From the NCBI GenBank assembly GCA_050331735.1, contig JBHJGN010000023.1, positions 1 through 64,000 on the forward strand: a stretch of DNA of 64,000 bases, written 5' to 3'. The stretch's first letter is position 1. Every line of letters starts with the position of its first letter. This DNA is from Cyanophyceae cyanobacterium. GTDB taxonomy: Bacteria > Cyanobacteriota > Cyanobacteriia > Cyanobacteriales > JBHJGN01. Made by a program: the position numbers and the translations under genes. Positions 10,604 to 19,144 of the stretch are shown here, piece by piece. The notes beneath the pieces were generated by a model. The model did no database searches. It was not told the origin of the DNA and worked only from the letters and a program-made list of their open reading frames with translations.

Positions 10604-12094
10604 TTGTTACTTTCCCAAAGCAGGCGGTACAGTCAATTCTTGCGCCAGCGCTATCGCGCTATTCTGGGCTACGCCGGGTTAGTGTGTGCCATTGCCGGAG
10701 GGGTCATTCTCTCGCCCTTGCTAGCGCTGTTTGCCTATCCCGAAGAACTGTCCCTCGCCTGGGGATTTGCGCTGCCTGGAGGGATCCTCGCCGCGATTGG
10801 CGGACTGCTGTGGTGGGGACTGGCTCCTAAACAGGCCGCTAGCCTCACTTTACAGGAAGGGGCGGTGATTGTGGTCTTGACCTGGTTCCTGGCGATCGCC
10901 TTTGGCATTGTTCCGTTTATGACGATCACTGGGCTTACCTTTACCCAAGCCGTATTCGAGTCTACAAGCGGCTGGACAACCACCGGTTTATCTGTCGTCG
11001 ATGTCACCGAAGCTTCTCAGTTAATTTTGCTCTATCGCAGCATTATCGAGTTAGCCGGTGGTGCGGGACTCGCTATTATTACCCTGAGCGCGATCTCAGG
11101 TCCGGTGGGCTCTGGATTTACCTCGGCTGAAGGACGCACAGAACAGCTAGCGCCTAATGTGCGTCGGTCTGCGAAACTGGTTTTGAGTATCTATGCTGGT
11201 TATGTTGCGGTCGGCATTATTGCTCTGTGGTTAGCGGGAATGGGCTGGTTTGATGCTGTTAATCATTCCTTTGCCGCCCTCTCTACTGGAGGGTTTTCGA
11301 CTCGTTCTGATTCAATTGGCTACTGGGATAGTCCGGCGGTAGAAGCTGTAACAATTGTGCTGATGATTCTAGGGACGCTCAATTTTGTTACCAGCTATAT
11401 GTTGCTTACAGGTAGATTTAAAGCTGTTGTTCGCAATGGGGAAGTGAGATTGCAGGCATTAGTCATTCCGTTCTGTGCGTTAATCCTGTTTCTAGGAGTG
11501 GCAACAGAACTGTATTCAACCCTAGGAAAAGCCGTGCGAGTGGCAATATTTGAAACGATTACTGCCCTGTCAACCACAGGTTATTCGACGGTCGGCTACG
11601 GAGACTGGAACGGTTTAGGCTGGCTCATTTTGATTGGGCTGATGCTCATTGGCGGCGGGACAGGGGCAACGGCGGGAGGGATAAAACAGTTTCGGATTTA
11701 TGCGCTGTATCGCGCTTTAGTATGGGAAGTACGCCGAATGCTGCTTCCCAAAAATACCGTGACCGAACCAGATGTGTGGCAGGGCGATCGCCGCCACTTT
11801 TTAAGCGATAGTCAGATTCGCACCATGAGTTTGTTTGTCTTTTTGTACTTATTGCTGTACGGTATCGGCGTTCTCATTACGGCTGCTTATGGCTACTCGC
11901 TCCAGGAGAGCTTATTTGAGTATGCTAGCGCCATTGGTACGGTTGGGCTTTCTGTCGGCGTTACGGCTGCTGATGCCCCTGTCGGGTTACTCTGGGCAGA
12001 GATAGTTGGCATGTTCCTCGGACGCTTAGAGTTTTTTACAGTCTTTATCGGCACAATCCGTCTAATTCGCGACTTACTGCGGCTTGCATCATAA
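10604..12094 (+). CDS. trkH: TrkH-family potassium uptake channel
   Basis: four pore-loop motifs SGWTTTG, STGGF, STTGY, GTVGLS; GGIK and GRLE motifs; TTG at 10604 follows AGGAGA (ORF track starts 10565). Confidence 0.92.
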   Translation: MLLSQSRRYSQFLRQRYRAILGYAGLVCAIAGGVILSPLLALFAYPEELSLAWGFALPGGILAAIGGLLWWGLAPKQAASLTLQEGAVIVVLTWFLAIAFGIVPFMTITGLTFTQAVFESTSGWTTTGLSVVDVTEASQLILLYRSIIELAGGAGLAIITLSAISGPVGSGFTSAEGRTEQLAPNVRRSAKLVLSIYAGYVAVGIIALWLAGMGWFDAVNHSFAALSTGGFSTRSDSIGYWDSPAVEAVTIVLMILGTLNFVTSYMLLTGRFKAVVRNGEVRLQALVIPFCALILFLGVATELYSTLGKAVRVAIFETITALSTTGYSTVGYGDWNGLGWLILIGLMLIGGGTGATAGGIKQFRIYALYRALVWEVRRMLLPKNTVTEPDVWQGDRRHFLSDSQIRTMSLFVFLYLLLYGIGVLITAAYGYSLQESLFEYASAIGTVGLSVGVTAADAPVGLLWAEIVGMFLGRLEFFTVFIGTIRLIRDLLRLAS

Positions 12095-12190
12095 ATTGAC
12101 CGAAAAAGACACTCGATCTTAAGCCAGTGCCCTTTTGTGGAGCTAAGGGAGGCGATCGCCCATCCAGCAAACAGGCGATCGCCCTCTTGC

Positions 12191-13687
12191 TTAACGACCC
12201 ATCACCGCTTCCCCGCGACGGTAGATCTCGCTAGCGTAGTCGGTCCAGGTTCCCTGTCCCCAGTAGCGGAAGCAACTGGTTTCGAGGAGTAAAGTATAGA
12301 GGAGCGCTTTTTGATAGTCTTCGCTTTTGGTCATAGCAGGATCTTGCTGCACTAAAGCATCATACTTTTCGTGAAAGCGAACGCTGAGTTGCTTCATCGG
12401 TTCTAACACGTTCTCATACCCTCTCACCCAACTCAGATCGTTAGTCCAGGAAGCCCCGTCTGTATGAAACTGTTCATGCTCCTGGAGATGGGCGATCGCC
12501 TGGGCAACCGCTTCTGGAGTAATATTATTAGCATCAACGCGCTGCCAAATTTTGTGCTGTCCGGCGGCTTGACACGTTGGATAATGGTCGGGATTGGCTC
12601 CGGCAGCTTCAATTAACTCGATGTACTCCGTGCCGTTCACGCCCACAACGCCAGTGTTTCCTCTGCCGTTGTCCTTGATGTCGTACCAAACTGGATGGAA
12701 ATCGCGGGGGAACTCATTCATCATCACGCCGCCATTTTCGCCATCGGCAATTTGCGTCACGCAGCTAGGAATTGACACATCCCCTACCTGCTGTTTGCCT
12801 CTGCCCTTCGCCTCGTGATAGGGCTGCATCTGAGCCACTAATTTTGTATCCGAACCCTGGGTTTTAATTAGTGCCGTGATGCTCACCGTTTCGCCACTGG
12901 AGTTTCGCGCTACCAGACGGTTAGGAATATACTTGTCATCGTGGTTGAGTCCCGCACCGTCTAGCCTTTCTACCGAGTGTTCCTGTACCATTACCCAGCG
13001 ATAGCCGCACTCTTTGAGGGCTTTAACCAACTCATACAGGGTATCGGGATGGTTCGGGAGATGCATTTCTGGCAAGGAAAACCCTTTGACGCGCTTGAGG
13101 GCATCTGTCCCAAACAGTGCCGCAAAGAAGTGTTGCCAAGCCTGGATATGTAGTTTGATGTCGGGAATGGGCGTCGAGGGAACGACAGCGTGACTCCACA
13201 TTGTTCCCAACCATTCTACGTAAGGTTGGTATTGCGGATCGCAGGTAAGGCGCCGAAGATTGTTGAGAATGTCATCGCGCCCCATGTGGTGCAGTCCCCA
13301 CAGCAAGTTACCCGAATAATCGAGCATCATGCGAGGATTGCAGCCATTACTCACTAACTCTGGAATAAAATCTCCCATGCGGCTATAGCACCAGGCAAAG
13401 GGGTCGGCGTCGTGGTTGTCTCCCTCGTCGGGATGCTCAAACATATACTGAAGATTACTGATCAATTCCCCGTTAGCACCGGCTGGAATTGTCGGCTGGT
13501 GCATGTGGAGAGCACAGGCAAACCCTGCACTAATCTTGTCTAGAGTTAAGTTTGTCTGGGTTAAAAATATTGGTTCGTCGTGGTTGACAATAGCAGCAAT
13601 GTCTGCTTCCCAACCACAAATATTAGGCAATCCTGCTCTGAGGACTTCTAATGCAGGCGGATGAGTAGATTGAGCTGTAGCAATCAT
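12191..13687 (-). CDS. glycoside hydrolase family 57-like protein
   Basis: ALHMHQP, FSLPEM, QIADGENGG and ETSCFRYWG motifs; likely start MIATAQ at 13687. Confidence 0.82.
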   Translation of the reverse strand: MIATAQSTHPPALEVLRAGLPNICGWEADIAAIVNHDEPIFLTQTNLTLDKISAGFACALHMHQPTIPAGANGELISNLQYMFEHPDEGDNHDADPFAWCYSRMGDFIPELVSNGCNPRMMLDYSGNLLWGLHHMGRDDILNNLRRLTCDPQYQPYVEWLGTMWSHAVVPSTPIPDIKLHIQAWQHFFAALFGTDALKRVKGFSLPEMHLPNHPDTLYELVKALKECGYRWVMVQEHSVERLDGAGLNHDDKYIPNRLVARNSSGETVSITALIKTQGSDTKLVAQMQPYHEAKGRGKQQVGDVSIPSCVTQIADGENGGVMMNEFPRDFHPVWYDIKDNGRGNTGVVGVNGTEYIELIEAAGANPDHYPTCQAAGQHKIWQRVDANNITPEAVAQAIAHLQEHEQFHTDGASWTNDLSWVRGYENVLEPMKQLSVRFHEKYDALVQQDPAMTKSEDYQKALLYTLLLETSCFRYWGQGTWTDYASEIYRRGEAVMGR

Positions 13688-13936
13688 AATTTTCTTCAGT
13701 GAGTCGCTTGTGCAGGCAAGGCTCCCACAAGGCAAGCGCGATACAGTTTGATAATACCGAACAACTCTGCTGAGGAATACCCAAGTTCTGTAAATTAATG
13801 GACGGTGCCTGTGGGGGCGAAAAAAAGACTGAAAAAACAAATTGAATCAGGGAAGCAGCCCTGGGACTTTCTAAAATGAGAGCCTGCAAAGATGGGGCGA
13901 TCACTATAATCGTAATTAAGCTAGCTTAACGACGGA

Positions 13937-14638
13937 GTGGAACGACTGGTGACTTCATTCTTAGATCGTCCCTTGCCCAATGCTGACCAACTTCCCGGCT
14001 CAGATGATACTCCTGTGGATAATGAAGATCAAAATCTCCTGCCTAATTTGCTGCTGTTGCTACTGACTCATGGATGGTCAGAGCGCCTGGATTGGTACTT
14101 TGGAGTAGATATGGCTATCTATCACACCACCGGACTCAATCCCCTCGTGCCGGTAGTCCCCGATGCGTTTTTGAGTCTCAACGTTGAACGCAAGAAAGGC
14201 GGAAAATCTCGGCGCAGCTATGTGGTATGGAAAGAACAAGAAATTGTGCCCGTGTGGGTGCTGGAAATGGTGTCCCACCAACCGGGAGAGGAATATACCG
14301 AAAAAATGGATACCTATGCCAAGCTAGGGGTGCTGTACTATGTCGTTTACAATCCCGAATTTTGGCAGCGCGATCGCCATCAGCCCTTTGAAGTATATAA
14401 GTTAGAAGGCGGCATCTACCGCCTGCAAATTGGAGAACCTTACTGGATGCCGGAAGTGGGATTGGGCATCGGTCGCTGTCAAGCACAGATAGGCGGGTTA
14501 ACTCAGGAAATTCTGACCTGGTACGACGAGCAGGGCAATCGTCATCTGAGCGCCTACGAACAAGAACGGCAGCGCGCAGAGCGGCTAGAAGCCTATTTGC
14601 GATCACAAGGAATCGATCCCAATCAACTACCAGAGTAA
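13937..14638 (+). CDS. Uma2 family (DUF820) PD-(D/E)XK putative nuclease
   Basis: SDDTPVDNEDQ, VVPDAFL, VLEMVS, YAKLGVLYYVVYNP; tail RAERLEAYLRSQGIDP. Confidence 0.92.
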   Translation: MERLVTSFLDRPLPNADQLPGSDDTPVDNEDQNLLPNLLLLLLTHGWSERLDWYFGVDMAIYHTTGLNPLVPVVPDAFLSLNVERKKGGKSRRSYVVWKEQEIVPVWVLEMVSHQPGEEYTEKMDTYAKLGVLYYVVYNPEFWQRDRHQPFEVYKLEGGIYRLQIGEPYWMPEVGLGIGRCQAQIGGLTQEILTWYDEQGNRHLSAYEQERQRAERLEAYLRSQGIDPNQLPE

Positions 14639-14739
14639 GCGCGATCGCCTGGTAATTGTAGAGTCTAGTTTGAAGAAAGCAACTGCTCTCGTAATTTTTC
14701 TAAATAAAGTTCAGCTCCGACGGAACCCGGTAAGCCTAA

Positions 14740-14867
14740 TACCATTTACCGACAGTAGTCAGATAGTTCCTTAAACTAACCAAGCATTGGAGGTTCAAGG
14801 GCAAAGAGCTGCTGTGCTCCCCTTTCCCCCAACTCATCAAGTCTCCTATTACTTTTTCTAATTGGTA
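14740..14867. mobile_element. candidate MITE (128 bp)
   Basis: ends TACCATTTACCGACAGTAGT ... ATTACTTTTTCTAATTGGTA form imperfect terminal inverted repeats; flanked by a TAA direct repeat (14737-14739, 14868-14870); no ORF. Confidence 0.55.
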
Positions 14868-14903
14868 TAAGTTGTACCCCCAATTAGAAAACTTGGTTTA
14901 AAC

Positions 14904-16442
14904 CTATGAAATAGACTTTAATTTCTGGAAATCTTCAATCTGCAAAATGAGTTCTGCTGCCGTCAAATCATCCTTTTCCTCCATTGGAGTATCTGAGGGT
15001 AATTGTTTAAGCAACTCAAGAGCCGTTTGCTGCATTTTGAAAGTTCTTGTCCTGTCTCCTGCCTGCTGATAAATCTGGCTCAGCTCGAAGTAAGCTGTTG
15101 CAGAATTCGGCTCTAGGTAGATAATTTGTTTGTAAATACGCTTGGCTTCTTCAGAATTTCCTTGTTCTTCAGCAATTTGTGCTAATAAGTAGTAAGACGG
15201 TACAAAAAACGCATCTATCTCTAGTGCTTGGTAACAGTAGTGAATGGCTGCTTCATATCTGCCTAGGTTAGCGTAGATTCTCGCCATAAGACGGCAGGCC
15301 TGTAGATTATGAGGCTGGTCGATCAGCATTTCTTCCAGGTGCTGAATTGCCAAGCGATAGCTTTTTTGATGGTAGAGGTCTTTGACTACTTCTATAGTTT
15401 CTTCAGCGTCTTGGGTTTTATTTTTGTGAGGATAAGTAGTCATGGCTGCTTGTTCTTTCTTAAAAAGATCGTTTTTTAAAAAAGCTTTCTTAAGGTCTTT
15501 TTTTTGAATATTTTTTCTCGGCTGCCAAACAAATTTTTCGGCTAACTGAACTGCACGAGGATGAGTATTTCCGGCTTCAGTTGAATTAGCTTCCTGCCGA
15601 CGATATACTACCAATTCCGTAAAGACTTGCTTGTGGAACCGACTCGTATCTTGCTGATGAAGTTCGGTATGCCCTGGGATAAAGTAGCCTTGTGGGTGGA
15701 GAGTGTTATAGAACTTTTCCAAAATCTTCGCAATCGTTGCTGAATCGAAGTAGATAAAAACGTTGCGACAAATGAGGAGATCGATATCTTCAAGCTTCGC
15801 CAATTTCTGAGGAAGAGGATCTTTAACCAAATTGACAGACTTAAATTGCACCATGCGCTTAGTTTCTGGAGCTAAATGGTACTGGTGGCCAACCCGATGA
15901 AAATAGCGCTGCTTCATCGCTTGACTCACTCCGCGAAACGACCAAGCCGTATAGATTCCCTGTTTGGCTCGCTGTAAAGCAGCTTCATCAATATCGATGC
16001 CAAGGATGACTAACTGCCAAGCGTTTAAATTAGGAATCAGTTCCTGAAGCAGAATCGCCAGAGAGTAGGGTTCTTCCCCCGATGAACAACCAGCGCTACA
16101 AATTCGCAGGTGTCTATGATGATGTTTGCGTTGAATCAGTTCTGGCAAAATCTGCGATCGCAATAACTTAACCTGCTCTCGATCTCGGAAAAAGTAGGTT
16201 TCATTGTTCGTCAGCAGGGGAATTAAGCGTGGCCATTCTCGCTGACTAGCGAGAGTTGCAGACTCAAGTAAACGATAGTACTCTTCTGCCGAAGCCAGGT
16301 TAAGCGCTTGCAGTCTAATCAGTAGCTTTTCGGTGAGCGCCGTCGGGTCGAAATTCTTGGGTGCTAATCCGACATGGTTGGCAATCAGCTCAATAAATAA
16401 TCGACTCAGCTTTGGATTGATTGGGGGGTTTACCATAAGCAT
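14904..16442 (-). CDS. cheR: CheR-type MCP methyltransferase with C-terminal TPRs (WspC-like)
   Basis: NETYFFRD, SAGCSSGEEPYS, GIDID, CRNVFIYF; TPRs in the last ~150 aa. Confidence 0.93.
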   Translation of the reverse strand: MLMVNPPINPKLSRLFIELIANHVGLAPKNFDPTALTEKLLIRLQALNLASAEEYYRLLESATLASQREWPRLIPLLTNNETYFFRDREQVKLLRSQILPELIQRKHHHRHLRICSAGCSSGEEPYSLAILLQELIPNLNAWQLVILGIDIDEAALQRAKQGIYTAWSFRGVSQAMKQRYFHRVGHQYHLAPETKRMVQFKSVNLVKDPLPQKLAKLEDIDLLICRNVFIYFDSATIAKILEKFYNTLHPQGYFIPGHTELHQQDTSRFHKQVFTELVVYRRQEANSTEAGNTHPRAVQLAEKFVWQPRKNIQKKDLKKAFLKNDLFKKEQAAMTTYPHKNKTQDAEETIEVVKDLYHQKSYRLAIQHLEEMLIDQPHNLQACRLMARIYANLGRYEAAIHYCYQALEIDAFFVPSYYLLAQIAEEQGNSEEAKRIYKQIIYLEPNSATAYFELSQIYQQAGDRTRTFKMQQTALELLKQLPSDTPMEEKDDLTAAELILQIEDFQKLKSIS

Positions 16443-17554
16443 TAAGGTGAAACGGTTCTCAGCAGCCAGGGGGCGATCGCGTTGAGGGAAAGAGTCTGTT
16501 GTGCCGCTCCGAGAGCGATCGCGGCTTTCGGCATCCCAAACACCACGCAGCTTGCCTGATCTTGGGCAATGGTAGTACCGCCAGCGGCGGCGATCGCCTG
16601 CATTCCAGCAGCGCCATCTCTCCCCATTCCCGTCAGCAAAATTCCCGCTGCCGCGCTGCCGTAGAACCGAGCAACGGCTCTAAACATCACCGTCACCGAA
16701 GGACGGTGACCATCGACGGGTTCACCAACGGTATGCAAAAATCTTCCTAAAGAATCTAGTGCTAAGTGACAATGATCTGGAGCAAAGTAAACCGTTCCTG
16801 GAACTGGCAACTCTCTTGCCTGAGCTATTTTGACGCGCAGTTGACACTCAGACGCTAGCCAGTTTACAAGTCCCGGCAAAAAACCTATGCTAATGTGCTG
16901 GGTACAGAGAATAGCAGCCGGAAACTTGGCAGAGAGGGGGCATAAAATTTGCCGTAAGGCTTTCGGCCCCCCTGTAGAGGCTCCAATAGCGATCACTTTA
17001 ATCGCAGGATTTGCGCGACTCGGCACTATCGGGGAGGCTGATACCGCTGACGATGCTCCGCTAACAGCACTAGCCGCTTGCTTCTGCGTTTTAGTAAACA
17101 CCCTCACCCCAGCAAGCACTTTGAGTTTAGCAATGAGCTGGCGCTTGAGCGGTTCATAATCTGCCAGTATCCCGCTTGTCGGCAGAGGAAAAACGTCTAA
17201 AGCTCCCGCCTGGAGAAGCTCGAAAGCATTTTCGGCTTCCTCAGAGCCGCTGCCAAAACTTTTTCTAGCCGAACTTTGAAAGTTTCTGCTGCCGTCATTG
17301 CTGAGCACTAAAATTGGACAGGGATATCTCGCCATCACCTGCTTAGTCAGTTCTACCCCGTCCATCCCCGGCATATAAAGAGCGGTACAGATAACGGTTG
17401 GTCGAACTTTGGGAATCAGGTTGAGTGCTTCTTTCCCGTTACTAGCTGTGCCAGCGACCTGAATCTCGTCAGATGCATCCAGCAATTTATGCAGAATGTT
17501 GAGCGCAACGGGTGAATCTTCGACTAATAAAACTCTGATCGTTGCCTGTGACAT
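16442..17554 (-). CDS. cheB: CheB methylesterase with a degenerate N-terminal receiver (WspF-like)
   Basis: GASTGG, TQHI, LTGMGRDG catalytic S-H-D intact; receiver reads VICTALYMP and VFPLP. Confidence 0.93.
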   Translation of the reverse strand: MSQATIRVLLVEDSPVALNILHKLLDASDEIQVAGTASNGKEALNLIPKVRPTVICTALYMPGMDGVELTKQVMARYPCPILVLSNDGSRNFQSSARKSFGSGSEEAENAFELLQAGALDVFPLPTSGILADYEPLKRQLIAKLKVLAGVRVFTKTQKQAASAVSGASSAVSASPIVPSRANPAIKVIAIGASTGGPKALRQILCPLSAKFPAAILCTQHISIGFLPGLVNWLASECQLRVKIAQARELPVPGTVYFAPDHCHLALDSLGRFLHTVGEPVDGHRPSVTVMFRAVARFYGSAAAGILLTGMGRDGAAGMQAIAAAGGTTIAQDQASCVVFGMPKAAIALGAAQQTLSLNAIAPWLLRTVSP

Positions 17555-17638
17555 AGGAATCTCTTTTTAGAAAAACGTTGCGTCTGCACAAGCTCTTAGC
17601 CGTTAGCTGATTAAAGACTTAGAAGCTAAGAGCTTTGA

Positions 17639-19114
17639 TCAAACGACAGCCTTGAGCTTCTGAGCCTCCTGGTCTAGGTGTTCTGTAGAGGTTTTGACTT
17701 GTTTAATGGCTGATGCCGTTTCTTTGGCAGCTAAGTCAAGCTCGCTGACCGCTGAGAGAACTTCTTGCACAGCAACCACCTGCTGTTTGGCGGTCATGGC
17801 AATCTGTTGGCTGTTGAGAAAGGCATTGTTGACGGCTTCCACTACGCCGGAAAACGTGTCTGCCGTTTCTCTGGCTAGCTCAATGCCTAAATTGGCTTTT
17901 TTCGTGCCTTCGTCGGTCACCATCACGGTGGAGTTGAGATAGGCTTGAATATCTCGGACGAGGGTATTGATTTTTTCCGAAGATTTCTTGCTCTGATCGG
18001 CTAGCTTGCGAATTTCCCCGGCAACCACGCTAAAGCCTTTGCCCTGTTCTCCGGCCCGCGCGGCTTCCACGGAAGCATTGAGAGCCAGCATATTTGTTTG
18101 GTTGGCTAAATTGCCGACAAGTTCTGACACTAAGCTGATCTGTCCGGTCTGCTCGCTTAGGCGCATAATCTGCTCAGCAATCGAGCTCACTTGCTCCTTA
18201 AGAGTAGACATGCCCTCTAAAGATTGGGCCACCGCTCTGTTGCCTTCTTCGGCTAGCTCTAGCGCTTGATGAGCACCGGCAGCAGACGATTCAGCTTGCT
18301 CAGCAGACTGGCGAGTAGAAGCCCCGAGCTGCTCCATGGTGGTGGTGGTTTGCGTAATCGAAGCAGCCTGTTCGCTGATGGTGCGTTCCTGCTGCTCCAT
18401 ACTGGCAATAATCTGATGAGAATTTTCAGACAGCGCTAGCCCAGCCGTATTGATAGCCTCAATATAGCGTTGGATCATACGCAAAACAGCAATCCAGGCA
18501 AACAGTAAGATGACAAGAGCTGTTCCCAGAACGCTCAGTGCTGTCGTCGCTCTCTGAGCTTTTTCTTGAATCGCATTTTCCGCATATTCTTCAAGAGCCG
18601 CTGTCGCCTCTTCGAGTCCTTGAGAATAAATAGCCTTTTGCTCTTCGTACCGGGGGCTGAGTAAAAGAGAGGCGGCAGCTTCGGCATTTCCTTGCTCAAT
18701 TAAAGCGAAGGCTTGCTTCTCCAGCTCATATAGTTGGTTGTTAGCTGCATTGGTCTTTGCAAATTCTTCACTCTCAAAAAGAGCTGGAAATAATGCCTGA
18801 GCTTCGTCAAACGCTTCAAAAATTTGGGGGACAAACTGAAGATAGCGCTCTTGCCATCGCTGGTCGCCAGTAGCGGCAGCGAGCCGAGCACTCATTGTTA
18901 AAACTTCATCAAGATAAATAATATTATCACTCAATTCTTGAATGCGTAAACTCCGGGTCTGTAGAATTTTAAAAGACTTGTATACATCCCAGATGTACCA
19001 ACCCATTCCTGCTCCCAAAGCAAACGTGAGAGCGAGAGGAACCAGGACAATTCTCAGACGGCGCGAACCGCGTGTTGAGGTGTGGTCAAAATAATGCTGT
19101 TTGGTCAGTTTCAT
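17639..19114 (-). CDS. methyl-accepting chemotaxis protein with 4-helix periplasmic sensor
   Basis: two TM; hairpin tip [36 protein letters not shown]; sensor motif [19 protein letters not shown]. Confidence 0.93.
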   Translation of the reverse strand: MKLTKQHYFDHTSTRGSRRLRIVLVPLALTFALGAGMGWYIWDVYKSFKILQTRSLRIQELSDNIIYLDEVLTMSARLAAATGDQRWQERYLQFVPQIFEAFDEAQALFPALFESEEFAKTNAANNQLYELEKQAFALIEQGNAEAAASLLLSPRYEEQKAIYSQGLEEATAALEEYAENAIQEKAQRATTALSVLGTALVILLFAWIAVLRMIQRYIEAINTAGLALSENSHQIIASMEQQERTISEQAASITQTTTTMEQLGASTRQSAEQAESSAAGAHQALELAEEGNRAVAQSLEGMSTLKEQVSSIAEQIMRLSEQTGQISLVSELVGNLANQTNMLALNASVEAARAGEQGKGFSVVAGEIRKLADQSKKSSEKINTLVRDIQAYLNSTVMVTDEGTKKANLGIELARETADTFSGVVEAVNNAFLNSQQIAMTAKQQVVAVQEVLSAVSELDLAAKETASAIKQVKTSTEHLDQEAQKLKAVV

Positions 19115-19144
19115 GATGATTGTGCCTCAAATGTTTATACTTGG

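Noticed and set aside
13937..14638. Uma2 nuclease as part of a defence system
   Set aside because: Uma2 genes are highly multicopy, usually solitary genes in cyanobacteria; no partner genes adjoin it.
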